Part shown: in pieces, positions 1 to 11,796 of the stretch
Numbering within the stretch: position 1 is the first letter of the stretch
How the letters are laid out: every line of letters begins with the position of its first letter
Source: Oikopleura dioica
Lineage: Eukaryota > Animalia > Chordata
DNA length: 64,000 bases
Assembly: GCA_907165135.1 (NCBI GenBank)
Contig: OU015566.1
Location: 4,712,001-4,776,000 of the forward strand
Direction: 5' to 3'
Notes under the pieces: generated by a model
Databases searched by the model: none
Told to the model about the DNA's origin: nothing
The model's input: the letters and a program-made list of their open reading frames with translations, nothing else
Translations under genes and position numbers: made by a program

Positions 1-232
1 AGGCGACAAAACGGAGCAAAGAAACAGGTTGATGTATTTTGAGCATTGCATCATTTTCAAAGGATAAAACTTGGCGAATGACTCGTTGGATTCTTCTGCT
101 GACCATTCGCCCAAGAGATTTGGGTAGAAAGTCGAGTTGTAGGCCTGGAAATTGGAGCCGCATTGGGCGTGAATGGAGTTGATGCAGCGAGCGGATTCGG
201 AGGAGTAGATCAGCAGAAAGAGAAGAAATAGC
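1..232 (-). CDS. Exon encoding a signal-peptide tail plus Frizzled-type cysteine-rich domain (Frizzled/sFRP-like); gene runs off the window start and its first exon was not located
   Basis: Manual translation LFLLFLLIYSSESARCINSIHAQCGSNFQAYNSTFYPNLLGEWSAEESNESFAKFYPLKMMQCSKYINLFLCSVLSP matches the CRD pattern C..C..YN.T.YPN.LG..F.PL..CS..FLCS..P. Acceptor ttttaag at 233-240 on the minus strand. Confidence 0.85.
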
Positions 233-269
233 CTTAAAAGAGCGTCAGAATTCGAGCGACACTGGGAAA

Positions 270-438
270 GTCGCTGAATGTCGCTGAATGTCGCCAAATG
301 TCCCCGAATGTCGCTAAATGTCGCCGAATGTCGTTAAATATCGCGACATTTACCGACATTCGGGGACATTCGGCGACATTCGGCGACATTGAGCGACATT
401 CGGCGACATTTAGCGACATTTGGCGATTTTAGGCGATT
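270..438. repeat. Foldback array of 10-bp units (GTCGCYRAAT then ATTYRGCGAC) inverted about a TCGCGA centre at 341-346
   Basis: About 7 units in one orientation and about 9 in the other, read directly. Explains spurious ORF 234..419. Confidence 0.9.
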
Positions 439-783
439 TTCCCAAAGACGCCCTAGAATTTAATCTTATAGAAATTAGTTTTGGTGATGAACGAAAAAGT
501 TTGTTACTTGACTTTTTCGGCCAGCCTGTTCAAACATTCAAATATTTTCTTTGCCCCATCAAGTTGCCCCTCTTGCCCGGGCGGGTCATGGGTTAGTTAT
601 TCTGACTGGCGAAACGTTCTATTGTTCAATGTCTTCGGATGTGTTTCTAAGGAGCGATGGGATTCACGGTCACTTGGCCAAAGATCCGCTGCTGAATTAA
701 CTCAACTCAAAGTTAATCAAACAGAAATAAAACAACCACCGTTTTATGATCTTCAAAAGACTCTCGATTATCGTTCCCAGGGC

Positions 784-1146
784 TAGGGTTCGGCAACCTG
801 TGAAGAAGACCTGAGTCAGGAATCTGAGTTTTTAATGTTTTCTTAGGATCCTGGCTCAGGTTTTCATAAGACAAAATATGCCCGGAAACCTGAGTCATGG
901 TTCTGAGTTTTTAATTACTCTTTAGGACCCTGACTCAGGTTTTCAGAAGCGAAAATCAACCCTGATCACGGACCTGTGTAAAATCCTGAGTCAGGGTCAT
1001 GAGTTTCTAGTGTTCTTTAAGGACCCTGACTCAGGTTTTCTGAGAACGAAATTAACCCTTGTTTTGACTCAAAAACCTGTGAAAAAACCTGCGTCAGGGT
1101 CCTGAGTCTTTTTTGTCAAAGCTTTTTCAGGACCCTGACTCAGGTG
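784..1146. mobile_element. Cluster of nested or degenerate CCTGAGTCAGG-family MITE fragments
   Basis: Starts ctagggttcggcaacctgt, like the TIR of the 29516-29624 element. Repeated cctgagtcagg/cctgactcagg palindromes. Confidence 0.75.
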
Positions 1147-1678
1147 ACCTACACACGTTTCTTTCGTATCGGGTCATTCTTATGTAATTATGAGCTTTTA
1201 ATGAAGATAATCCTGAAAAAAAAGCGGCGATGATTGTTTACCAAATTCGAAAATAATCTGCGGCCGGTTGGTGTCAACTCATCAAAGGGAAAACACCGCG
1301 CGTCAATCAAGTTTCTAAAATTTTCGCCAAAACAGTGCCAACTCGGATTATGCCGCATTTGTGGATCATCGCTCCTCCAAGAATAAATAAATCCGCTTTT
1401 AAATAATAACTCCAGTCAACAAAATCGCAAAACCAGCGCTCAGTTTCTTCAAAATGACAGTAATGGACGAAATTAAGCTCCAGTATAATTTCGAGAGCTT
1501 GTTGCATAAATCGCAGCCAGGAAAAAAGTCGGGTCCGAAAATGTTAATTTCCTGGCTCATACAACTCAAAAGGTCAAACCCAGCCGATGGGAAGTTTTGA
1601 CAGCGGGCGAATTTCGCGTTCGAAATTGGACATTTTCCAAAAAAGAATTTTCAATATTTTTTTAATTAAAATTTTTTT

Positions 1679-1970
1679 CACTTCCACATGCTTGAATTCA
1701 ATCTTAGTATTTTGAATTGTCGGATCAATTTTTCGAAGGTTACCCCCTTAAGACCATCATCGCCCACTTTTGAGAATAAGGGTCTGACTGTATAAAACAT
1801 ACAGTATCATATGTCACATATGATACTGTATTTCACATATGCTACCGTATGTTTTATACAGTCAGACATTTATTTTCAAGAATCGGCGATGATGGTCTTA
1901 AGGGGGTAACGTTCGATAAAACGATCCGACAAATTGAAATACCAAGATTCAATTCAAACATGTGGAAGTG
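1679..1970. mobile_element. Long imperfect inverted repeat (MITE/foldback)
   Basis: cacttccacatg pairs with catgtggaagtg. Inner arms cccccttaagaccatcatcgcc...ggcgatgatggtcttaaggggg and ctgactgtataaaacatac...gtatgttttatacagtcag. Confidence 0.85.
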
Positions 1971-2814
1971 GTAAAAAATTCGCATCAAAGCGGAAATTTC
2001 AAATTCGTCAAGCAACGGATGCATTTTTTGAGTTTTGTGACACTACCAAGCCAAGGGTAAACAAACTCTCGCCAGATATCACTTCCGGTGATGCGAAATG
2101 CCCTTTTTCCATTCGAATTTCTTCTTGGCTTTTTTCCGCTTATCACCGGCTTAGAAATCGAAAATTTCTGGAGAGAGATTTTTGATTTTTTAATCCGTGA
2201 TGCTCTTTTTAATTTTACAAGCCGCAAGAGTCTCCCACCACGGCGCTAGAATGCTCCGGCGACCTAATAAGATTTCGCGGCGGAAGTTTCGCAAATTATT
2301 CAAATCAATTAGCCATGGAATCGAGCATCTCCTTCCTCGCTCTTTTCAAAAGCCTTGTTCACCCCCTTTTTTCAAGGGGGCCGAAAAATGGCCCCTTAGT
2401 TACGAGCAAATATTTTTCGCGAAGAAACAACAAATTGTACCGCTATCGCGTCAATTAAAAATCGCCTTCCCGAAAAATGCCCTAAGTTTGTTTTTCTTCA
2501 ATAATCGCCATTTTTGGGCCTTTTGCAAAGTTTCAAATTTCGATTCTTGGAAATTTATTTTTCCATGATTGGGGGAGAGGGAGAGTGATAAGGATTTTGA
2601 AACAGGTGGCGGCGCGGGTGAGCCTTCCGCTTATCCGGATTTAGGGGCAGATAAGGGACAAAGAAGCGTTGAAGAAGCGGTTAGGGAAAATCCTATAAAT
2701 TTTTGACGAAATGGAGGGTTCGGCGAGAAAATGTCCGATTCGCTCATTTCTAGCTCGAAAACCGCTCTGAATCCGCTCAAATTTTTTGAGTCAAAAGTGC
2801 TATTTGAAGAAAAA

Positions 2815-3030
2815 GCTCAAATTCAGCTCATTTTTGCTCAAGCTCAGCTCATTTTTGCTCAAATTAAGCTCATTTTTGCCCAAATTCAGCTCATTTTTGC
2901 TCAAATTCAGCTCATTTTTGCTCAAATTAAGCTCATTTTTGCTCAAATTCAGCTCATTTTTTCTCAATTCAGCTCATTTTTGCTCAAATTCAGCTCATTT
3001 ATGCTCAAATTCAGCTCATTTTTGCTCAAA
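2815..3030. repeat. 21-bp minisatellite (AAATTCAGCTCATTTTTGCTC)n, about 10 copies
   Basis: Read directly. Explains periodic ORFs 2731..3081 and 2786..3115. Confidence 0.95.
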
Positions 3031-3516
3031 TTTCGCTCTTGCTCCGCTCAAACTGAGCCCATTGGGGAACGTGAATTCTAGCAAGAAAAAACCGATCTCA
3101 CTCTTTTTATTTTAAAATATTCGATTCGATTATTCGAGCAGGTGTTTATCGCTCGGTTTTGGTATCTCAGCGGTTTGACCACAAAACAACTCTTTGACAT
3201 GCTGTTTCCTTATCAGCCCCTGCCTTCTACGACAAACAATTTCTTCCCTTTCGGGATCGATACAAATCCTCTGAGAAGCCGATAATTGACACTGGCGGAA
3301 ACAAAATGCAAATGTAGAAACGCAATTTCACGTAGTGCAAATATCAAGAGTCGAGCAACTAGATTTTCAAAGGCCGAAAATATAAAGAAAATTCTGCGTC
3401 ACTAGAAATTATTCTCGAAAAAAATATGAAAAAAACGAGATTCTGCATTTTTTAGTTTTCAAAATGACACCCTTAAGTTTTTTCGCATTTTAACTGAAAT
3501 CGGTTCAAATGATTTT

Positions 3517-3686
3517 AAGATAGTGACACCCTTAATTTCTTTTTTTAATTCGAAGGTTAAAACCAAAATTTCAGCCATTTTTAGTCAATTTTGACCAAAT
3601 TTTGGTCAAAAATGGCCTTAAAAATTGTTGAAATTTTGGTTTTAACCTTTGAATAAAAAAAAATTAAGGGTGTCACTATCTTAAAA
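3517..3686. mobile_element. Palindromic MITE-like element
   Basis: taagatagtgacacccttaat...attaagggtgtcactatctta arms with further internal pairing (ggttaaaaccaaaatttc / gaaattttggttttaacc). Confidence 0.8.
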
Positions 3687-4242
3687 TTATCTGAAACGAT
3701 TTCAGGGAATTTATATTTCCCTGCATATAAACCCTAGAAAAGAAAAAGGGGTGCGGGTATTTATCGAATTTCAATTCTTGTCGTTTGTTTCCCAAAACAC
3801 AGGATTTTCGTGAACCACTTATTTCCCAAACAATTGAAAGTACAAACTCAATTACAAAAACCGAATTCCCCCTTCTCTTTCGCCATAAATTCTAGTTGCA
3901 GCTGAGGCCCGAAAAACTGTCTGTTTGAGGTCACAGGTGAGCTTGTAGGCAATAAATGGATTTTCCTGAGTACTGATTGTAAATCAATTCTTTGATTTGA
4001 GCTGAAAGAGCTCTTCAGATTTTGCTCTCACGAGCGCATTCCAAACATTTTATTTTCCAACAGAGGGTTTTTTGGTCTTCACAAAACTTTTTTTATAATT
4101 TCAAAAGGGGGTTCGATTTAGGGTTAGGGTTACGGTAAGAACTTCGTTCAGCACTAGAATTGCTGCATTAGGGTTAGGGCTAGGGCTTTGTTCGGCAATT
4201 AGACCTGTGTTAAGCCTTAGTCAGGCCCCGTTTCCTGTTTAA

Positions 4243-4545
4243 GGGCCCCCCCCGTCAGATTTTTCTTCGAAAATGGAAATTTTCAAAAACACCATATTTT
4301 TGGTTCTAGATGCGGCATCAGGTTAAAATTGCTTCAAAAACTTAAAAAGATGAATTTTTGACCAAGAAAAATCAATATTTTTTGCAAAAATTAGGGCAAA
4401 TTCGTCGGTTTTCGGTCAAAAAACCAATTTTGTCTCGAGGGAGTCGACATAGAGCCCAAAAAATGAAGCCTCAAAATCGTTTTTCAACCCGTAGAATTTA
4501 TTTCCGGGGTCAAAATCAAATAATTCTGAAATTTTATTTTTCGCA
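4243..4545. mobile_element. Truncated copy, in opposite orientation, of the PIF/Harbinger-like MITE at 42539-42849
   Basis: ttaa-gggcccccccgtcag start; body is the reverse complement of 42539-42849. A further fragment lies at about 49291-49375. Confidence 0.8.
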
Positions 4546-5538
4546 AAACGCAATTTATAATTTTTGTTTTTTCATTTTTGAAAATTATTACCTCATTTGC
4601 CCCATTTTCTTCATCTGTCCAAACATCCTTCTTTACTATCTTCTTCACTATAAAACTCTCTCATTCAAACATTCTCTCTCTTCTTTTCCAAAATAAAAAT
4701 CTTTTAATAGCTTCTTATCAATCTTGAGTTAATTCTACGATGCGCAAAATTCAGCGCTGCGTTATTACCCGCTGGCCAGGTTCGCCAACTTTTAGCGTAG
4801 CCAAAGCGCCACAGCGCCGAATTCGCAAAAAAAACGGAATAATGTTCAAACAAAGAAGACAAACTTCGAATAATGCAAAAGAAGAATGGCCGCTGGACTT
4901 GGAAGGCCGCAGCGAGGTGTTGAATTATTCTTTTCATCCTTTTAGGAATTTTTAATTGTCGCGTTTTTCAAGGGTTTTTCGAGGGTTCGAGGCTTGCTTT
5001 ATTCTTTTATGATGTTTTTTCTGAGTTTTGACGCTCAAAAATGATAAAATAAAATTGAAAACTCAGATTTTAAGACCTCGAAAAAGCAAAATTTTGATAG
5101 TTTTCTGTCAAGAAACAAATTTACTTGAAGTATTTTTTGAATTTTTTTTGTATTTGAAAATCGATTCTTGAATAACTGGGAAAATGTGTGTTGGAATCGG
5201 CTACTGACAAAATGATGAAAAGAAAAACGGCGGCGCCATCGACAGAATAATCAAATCGGTCTTCATTTCTGATCGGCCACTCAAAATTTTCAGCCATGAT
5301 GGCGGCTTTCGTGACGCTCTGCTGGAATAATTGATAGACCTTTTTATGGGTTCAAATTTTAAATTCGCAAATAACCAAGGTCAAAGCTTGAAACTAAACA
5401 ATTTACGAGCAGTCCTCTTCGTCTCCAGGTGAAAATGGCGATATCGCTTTTTTACTGTTCCGAATAAATATCAATGTTCTTGATTTCAAATAGAAATTTT
5501 TACTCGAAGCTGTTCTCTTTTTGGCCATTTTGAAGAAA

Positions 5539-7924
5539 ATGAGCTGGAGAAACAACCATCCAAAGCAATTGAGCAGAGAAAAGGTTGAAAACTGGCTTCG
5601 AGATTTTTTGCCTAGATTGAAAAGAACAACGACGAGGACTCCTCAATGTCGGTTGATTTCAAGCGTAGAAAGACATGAAATGATTGATGACGATGATAGT
5701 GATGTTGTTGCCTTCAGATGGCATTATTTATTTTTCGTCGAACAAGAGGAAGATATTTTTGCAATTATTCATGAAAGCAAAAAACATTATGGTTTACTTC
5801 TTGCTTCAAAATTTCAACAAGAACTTTTGGCAGCAAATGCTAATCTCTCGGGCAAAATTTTAAGCCGATGGGATATCCTCGAAGAAAAAGGAAATTGGAT
5901 TATCGATCAGAGTTTTGAAGACGACATTATTTCAGAAGGTGGTGAAGCAATAATTATTGCTCAAAATTTCGAAGATCTCAAAACTGCAGTCCGTGTTCAT
6001 GTTTTTGATCCATTTCTTTTTACGGAGAATTTTTCATCAGACTTGCTTGATTATGAGATTCGTCTTTCTTGCGGTAGGTTTACGAAATTTAACATCACTG
6101 ACATATTTAAAATACATTATTTTTAAGACTTTGAAAAAGCAGTTGATAAGGAAGACGGCATTATACAGGTTCAGAATAGAATCTTGGAGAAAATACCGTT
6201 TCATGAAAATGTTATCAAGCATTTCGTGAACATAGAATTCTTTATCAAAAATGATGTTGATCGTGAAGATTGTATTGGATGGATAACAATTATGGAGAAG
6301 GCGGATATGAACATACGAGGATTATTGAACCAAAATAAGCTCAGCATTAGAGAGAGAAGAAAAATTGCCATTGCTGTCTCTTCTGCTTTTGATTATTTAG
6401 CTAATAACGGTATCCTTCATCTTGACTTGAAAATGGAAAACATACTACTGCTGAACTCTGTGCCCAAAATATGTGACTTCGGGATCGTTCAAGAAACAAC
6501 GAGAAGGCTTGGTTATCGTCAGATGGGATACACTCGGAGAGGGTCAAAATATAGATTAGGACCTGCTCTTCGTACGACAAACCAAGCTGTTCTTATTTAA
6601 AATATATTTTAGATGCAGGGTCACCTGCATTTGCAATCATGACGCAGTTAACAGCTGGTGATTTTCTACCCCAATCGATTTGGATATTTTTAATCTGCCG
6701 CTGGAAGACGGCATGGAATCTTTTATTCAAACCAATAAGCCATGAAGAGGAAATTGAAATTGATGGCAGAATCAAGGTTTGCTTTTTCTATCAATTTTAC
6801 ATTGAGAATGTATTTAATGCAATTATTCTAAGGAATTCAACGGAGAACAGCTCAAAGCAATCTTTATGAATAATAAGCAGTTTACAACCGAATTCTTTGA
6901 AAATATCGAGTTGATTTCTCTTCCAGAAACCGACGATAAATTTTGCCTTGATGACGAGAATCTTACACAGTCTTGCCAAGTATCAAGCTTGAAGAAACGA
7001 ATAACAAAATTCATCAATTCCGAAATGAAAAATGTGACGAAAAAAATGATCAATCAAAAAGACAGCAATCTGTGTGTTCCGATATCAGTGACGAACCTAA
7101 TTCGTTTTGCGATGGACGCAGATCTAAAATTCGAAGAAAGGGATATATCTCACTCGTTTGAGAACATTTTGATGACAATAACAATGATTATTTACCCGAG
7201 AAGCATGTCTGGTTTGAATCTAAAACCACGAGAAAAAGAAAAATCAGGGCAATTTACTGACGTTGAGATTCTTTTGGAGCGAATGTGCAAGAAAACATAT
7301 CTGATGCCGAGTGGATGGGACATTATTTGTGACCTTGGTAGTCGAAATTTAGATGATGGTCGGCCAGATTTAGATAATCCACAGCCACCGAGATCTTTTT
7401 GCGAATATAGTTCAGGTAATATTTGAGAAGATATAAGAGCGAAATATCGTGATCATCATCATCTTGTTTTATCTAAGATTTATTATTTTTAAAAATAATC
7501 TAATTCTTTAGTAATTCTCCACCAAGGATTTATCTTTACTCGACCTTTAACAGCAACTGGAGTTTTACTACATATAAATGAAGAAAACAAAGAAGAAGTG
7601 TTTTTTCATCAGATGACAATCGACAGAGTTGAAGACGGATTATACATCCTCCAGAACACTCAATTCTCCACAGAATCACCGAAAGCTCACGAAACACCAA
7701 CTGTTAAAATTCCACTTTTTGATCCCTACTACGTGAACGCCGAAGACTTCTGGCATCATTATCAAATGAATGGAAGAGCAATTTTGATCGAAGATGACTA
7801 TACAATTGAAATTGTCAATGAAAGGCACCCTGACATGAAAACAGGAAGATGGTATCTTTGTCCGGAAGCCTATTCTCTTGAGCTCATTGAAGAATTAACC
7901 GAAGAAAGTCGGATTTATTTGTAA
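5539..7924 (+). CDS. Atypical protein kinase-domain protein with a C-terminal papain-like region (about 5 exons)
   Basis: ORFs 5521..6126, 6184..6600, 6639..6869, 6866..7426 and 7598..7924 joined by short GT-AG introns. Motifs ISEGGEA, HLDLKMENILL, PKICDFG. Confidence 0.8.
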
Positions 7925-8252
7925 AAATGCTGCTTCTAAAGATTGATTGAAATTATCTTGAAATTATTTTATCTATGAAATAAAGTCTGATTTCGTCTAT
8001 TTTGAATTGATAGCTTTTCAACGCTCTTCAAGGTTTGACTTGTTTTCCAGCTAGTGCGCGCGGAGGACTTTTCCCACTGGTCTTCTCTGAGCGCGGAAAT
8101 GTCGCGGAGGAACTATAGAAAAAATAGCGAAAACCTTCAAGTTTACAAAATCAGCTAAATGAATATTTCTAGTTCAGTTTGTTATCGAAATCGTTTTGAA
8201 AGAAATTTGAATCTGCCAATGTCGTGAGAGAGAAAAGGAAATTTTGAAGAAA

Positions 8253-9563
8253 ATGAAGTTTTTTCTTGCCTTTCTCTTGGCTGTTGAAGGATGCATGCCG
8301 AAAATGGAAGCCCTCGTCGAAGGAATTTATTGCGGAAAGGAAACTTGCTACGAAGTTCTAGAGGTGAGTTGATGAGAAATGGATGAACGGCGAAGCATGC
8401 ATTTTAGGTTGATCCTGAGTCGACAGATAAAGAAATCAAGAACGCATACAAAAAACTGGCGAAAGAAAATCATCCTGATCGGTTCTCTGGGCAGAATTTA
8501 TCGAACGAAGAAAAGAAAGATCTCGACTTGAAATTCCAGCGAATCGCCAAGGCCTACGAAACTCTCAAAAGTAACCTCCCTTCCTCTTTTCCTTCTCAAT
8601 AGTTCTAGGCGAGCGGGAAACTTACGATGATTTCTTACTGCACCCAGAAGAGTACTACCATTTGTACTATCAATACTACAGGAGCAAGTTTGTCTCGCCA
8701 GATGTTGACATGAGACTCGTTTTCTTCGTCCTCGCTTGTGGTGAGTTTGTTTCACCTTTCTAGGGCTATTTTCCGCTTTCAGGAATTTCATCTCTTCAGT
8801 GGATCGGTTGGCAGTCAAACTACAGAAATGCGATTGATTATATGGCGTCAGTGGATAAATATAGACTTGGTAAGCAAAAAAACTCGAAGAATTGGCACTG
8901 AATTAGTCTTCTAGCGGCGAAAAGAGAAGCAGAAGCTCGAGGATTGATTGGAAACAAGAAGCAAAATCGTGGGAAATCGCAGATGGAAATTAAGGAAGAA
9001 GAAAGAAAGCACATCCTGGCGATTATCGAAGAGAAAGTCGACATTAGAGGAGGCTACCAGAAACCTGTTTGGACTGATATCTTTCTGGTTTGACAAAATT
9101 TTCGGCCCCTTTTGTTGCATTTTTTAGGTGCAAGTATGTATGTACCCTCTTTACTTGTTTCGCTGGGTGAAGTGGCATATTCGTTGGTATGTGTTGTTCA
9201 CGATTCAAAAGCAACCGTTTGGAGAAGAAGAGAAATTGTACCTCATGAAGAAACATCTGAGCCCTCCGTCGAACGCGGCATGGGAAGAAATGCTCGATAA
9301 ACATAGAGACGTCTTCTTCAAGTAAGAACTTCTATTTGAAACTTATGCCAATTCATTTTTAGGCGAGGACTGTGGATAAAATCACATGCGGAAGAATACA
9401 TAAAAGAGCAGGAACAAAAAGAAAGAGAGGAAAAGTATGTTTCTTCATGAAAAATTAGCTTGAGAATCAAATCCATTCTAGGGCTAATTCCGCGAGATGG
9501 AAGCAATATCGTCGTTACATGAAATCAGAAGCCGCCAAACAAACGATCACTTTTGAAGATTAG
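8253..9563 (+). CDS. DNAJC25: DnaJ homolog subfamily C member 25
   Basis: Spliced translation MKFFLAFLLAVEG...LVEGIYCGKETCYEVL|..EIKNAYKKLAKENHPD..FQRIAKAYETLK|..ERETYDDFLLHPEEYYHLYYQYY..PDVDMRLV matches DNAJC25 hallmarks. Six short GT-AG introns. Confidence 0.92.
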
Positions 9564-9781
9564 ACGAAATCAATTGAAAATTTTCGTTTTAGAATTTGTT
9601 AAATTAGCCGAATACGAATCCGACACTTAGACAGTTCATTTATCTATTTGTGATTCCCTAGAAAGCTCCTTGTCAGTTACCTATCAACCCTTTTTATTAG
9701 CAGCTGTACTGTGCAATACCATTAAATACACTATTTTCTTCGATTATTTCCGCTTTTCGAACAACGAATTTTTGCTTAAGA

Positions 9782-11639
9782 ATGTCGAAAATCTTGAACA
9801 TCAACGTCGGCGTCCTTGGCCACGTCGATTCCGGCAAAACCACTCTTTCAAAGGCTCTTTCCCAAATTGGCTCTACCGCGAGTTTCGACAAAAATCCGCA
9901 AAGCAAAGAAAGAGGAATCACGCTCGACCTCGGATTCAGCAGTTTTTGATGAAGTCCAATGCGCCCGAGTTCGATCAAGGTGAGAAATCATCCCTTTTTT
10001 GAAGAGAAAGAAAGAAATTTTAAGTGAAGTGAGATTCACGCTCGTCGACTGTCCTGGACACGGCTCCTTGATCAAGACCGTCATCGGTGGTGCGTGTATC
10101 ATCGACATGATGATTCTAGTGATCGACATTACTAAGGGCGTCCAAGCTCAAACGAAAGAATGCCTGGTTATTGGAGAAGTGATCAATACTCATCTCCTGG
10201 TCGTGTTGAACAAAGTAGATCAGCTACCGGAGAAAAGTAGAGACGAGAAAGTGAAGAAAATGACGAAACTTGTGAAGGAGAAGATCCTCTCGAAAATACA
10301 GGTGATATTTTTTTCCCTATTTCTGCCATTTAAGTTCAAATTTTAACCCCTTAAATCTAGTTCAAAACTGCTGAAATCGTTCCCTGCTCAGCCTTCTCTG
10401 GCAAAACCGAAAAAGTCGTTGAATTCTTCGAAAACTTCAAGTACTTCCCTGATCGAACGAGTCTCCTTGAAAAGCCTTTTCTGATGTCAATCGATCACTG
10501 CTTCCAAATAAAAGGCTCTGGATCTGTGTTTACCGGAACCGTTCTCGCTGGAAAAGCCGCCGTTGGGGAGAACGTCGAAGTTGTTGGCCTTGGAGAAGAG
10601 AAAAGAATCAAGTCGATTCAGATCTTCAAAGAAGCGAAGAATGAAGCGGTTTGTGGCGATAGGGCGGCGATTTGCGTGTCGAACGTGAGCTTAAAAATCC
10701 TTTTTCATTCAATAATGAGTTCTAGTTTGACGCGAAGAAACTGGAACGCGGTCTTCTCGCCTTCCCCAAATCCATCAAAGGCATTTCCCATGTCATGGTC
10801 AAGCTGAACAAAGTGAAACTGTACCAAGACGCGATCGAGTCCGGTCAAAAATTCCACGTAACATGTGGCCATCAGCTTGCGAATGCGAAGATAACGCTTA
10901 TGAAAGATAGGAAAGGCGAAAAAGTAGACTTGAGCGAGGAGAGTTTCTTTGAGGGGAAGATATTCGATTTTGTGGACAAATTCGAGCAGGAAGATGAAAG
11001 CATTTTGGCATCTCTTGAATTCGGTAAGATGTCGATTGCCGCTTTTTGATGCCATTATATGTAAACAGAGGATACAGTCATTCTTATAGACATAAGACTT
11101 TGAATTCATCTCAATCTTCAGATCGGCCCATCTACTTCCTTCCAAACGGACTGCTGATCGGTTCGCGACTAGAATTGGACGCAAATACAACGGATAAATG
11201 CCGCATCGCGTTTTCTGCTTTTCTTGAGCCCCTCTCTACGAAAAACCCGAAAGAGCTAGTTGTTGTCAAAGAGAAAAGCAAAACGGGAACGGTAGAACGA
11301 CTTCATGACGACAACACGCTAATTGTCAAAGATTTGTTCAAGAAGGAAACGAATTTGGACCTATTCAACAGGCTTAAAGGTAAGAATCAGAGGAGCAAAA
11401 GGTGTTGAATCAATTTAGTATCGCTTTCAACCGGCGAAAGTGCAATAATCGACGGAACTTTTGGAACATCAGGCAAAATAAAAATCTACAACTCTGATGG
11501 ATTCGCCGAAGAAACGAAAGAACGCTGTAGAAAACCGAAAAAGGGCGAAAATCTCGGAAAACGAGAAGCGATAGAAGTGAAACTTGTATTTTTCAAAAAT
11601 GTTAATTCCGATGACAAACACTGTATTCTTCAATTGTAG
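9782..11639 (+). CDS. EEFSEC: Selenocysteine-specific elongation factor
   Basis: LNINVGVLGHVDSGKTTLSKAL..ASFDKNPQSKERGITLDLGFSSF; TLVDCPGHGSLIKTVIGGACIIDMMILVIDITKGVQAQT; SIDHCFQIKGSGSVFTGT; IGSRLELDANTTDKCRIAF. Confidence 0.95.
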
Positions 11640-11796
11640 TCGCAAAAACATGATCTTCTCGAAAATTCCCGAAAAGGCGGAAAAGGATTATCGCCAGGCT
11701 CGTGATATTTTTTGCCTTGTTTGTTTCTAGAGTCTGTCTTTGGTTTGCTTCAATTTCAATTTCGTTCATTTCTTTTAGAAAGAGAAAAATAGAAAA

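Noticed and set aside
1307-1507. ORF 1307..1507 as the first exon of the Frizzled-CRD gene
   Set aside because: No signal-peptide start or phase-compatible donor could be supported.
270-3030. Regular short repeats as CRISPR-like arrays
   Set aside because: Units are contiguous with no unique spacers, there are no cas genes, and the context is eukaryotic.
2731-3115. Periodic ORFs (AQIQLIF / LKFSSFL), and likewise ORFs at 234-419, 13419-13817, 48041-48386 and 54496-55213
   Set aside because: They are translations of minisatellite or MITE sequence.
4119-4185. TTAGGG units as a telomere or chromosome-fusion site
   Set aside because: Only 2-3 units, interrupted and embedded among MITE fragments.
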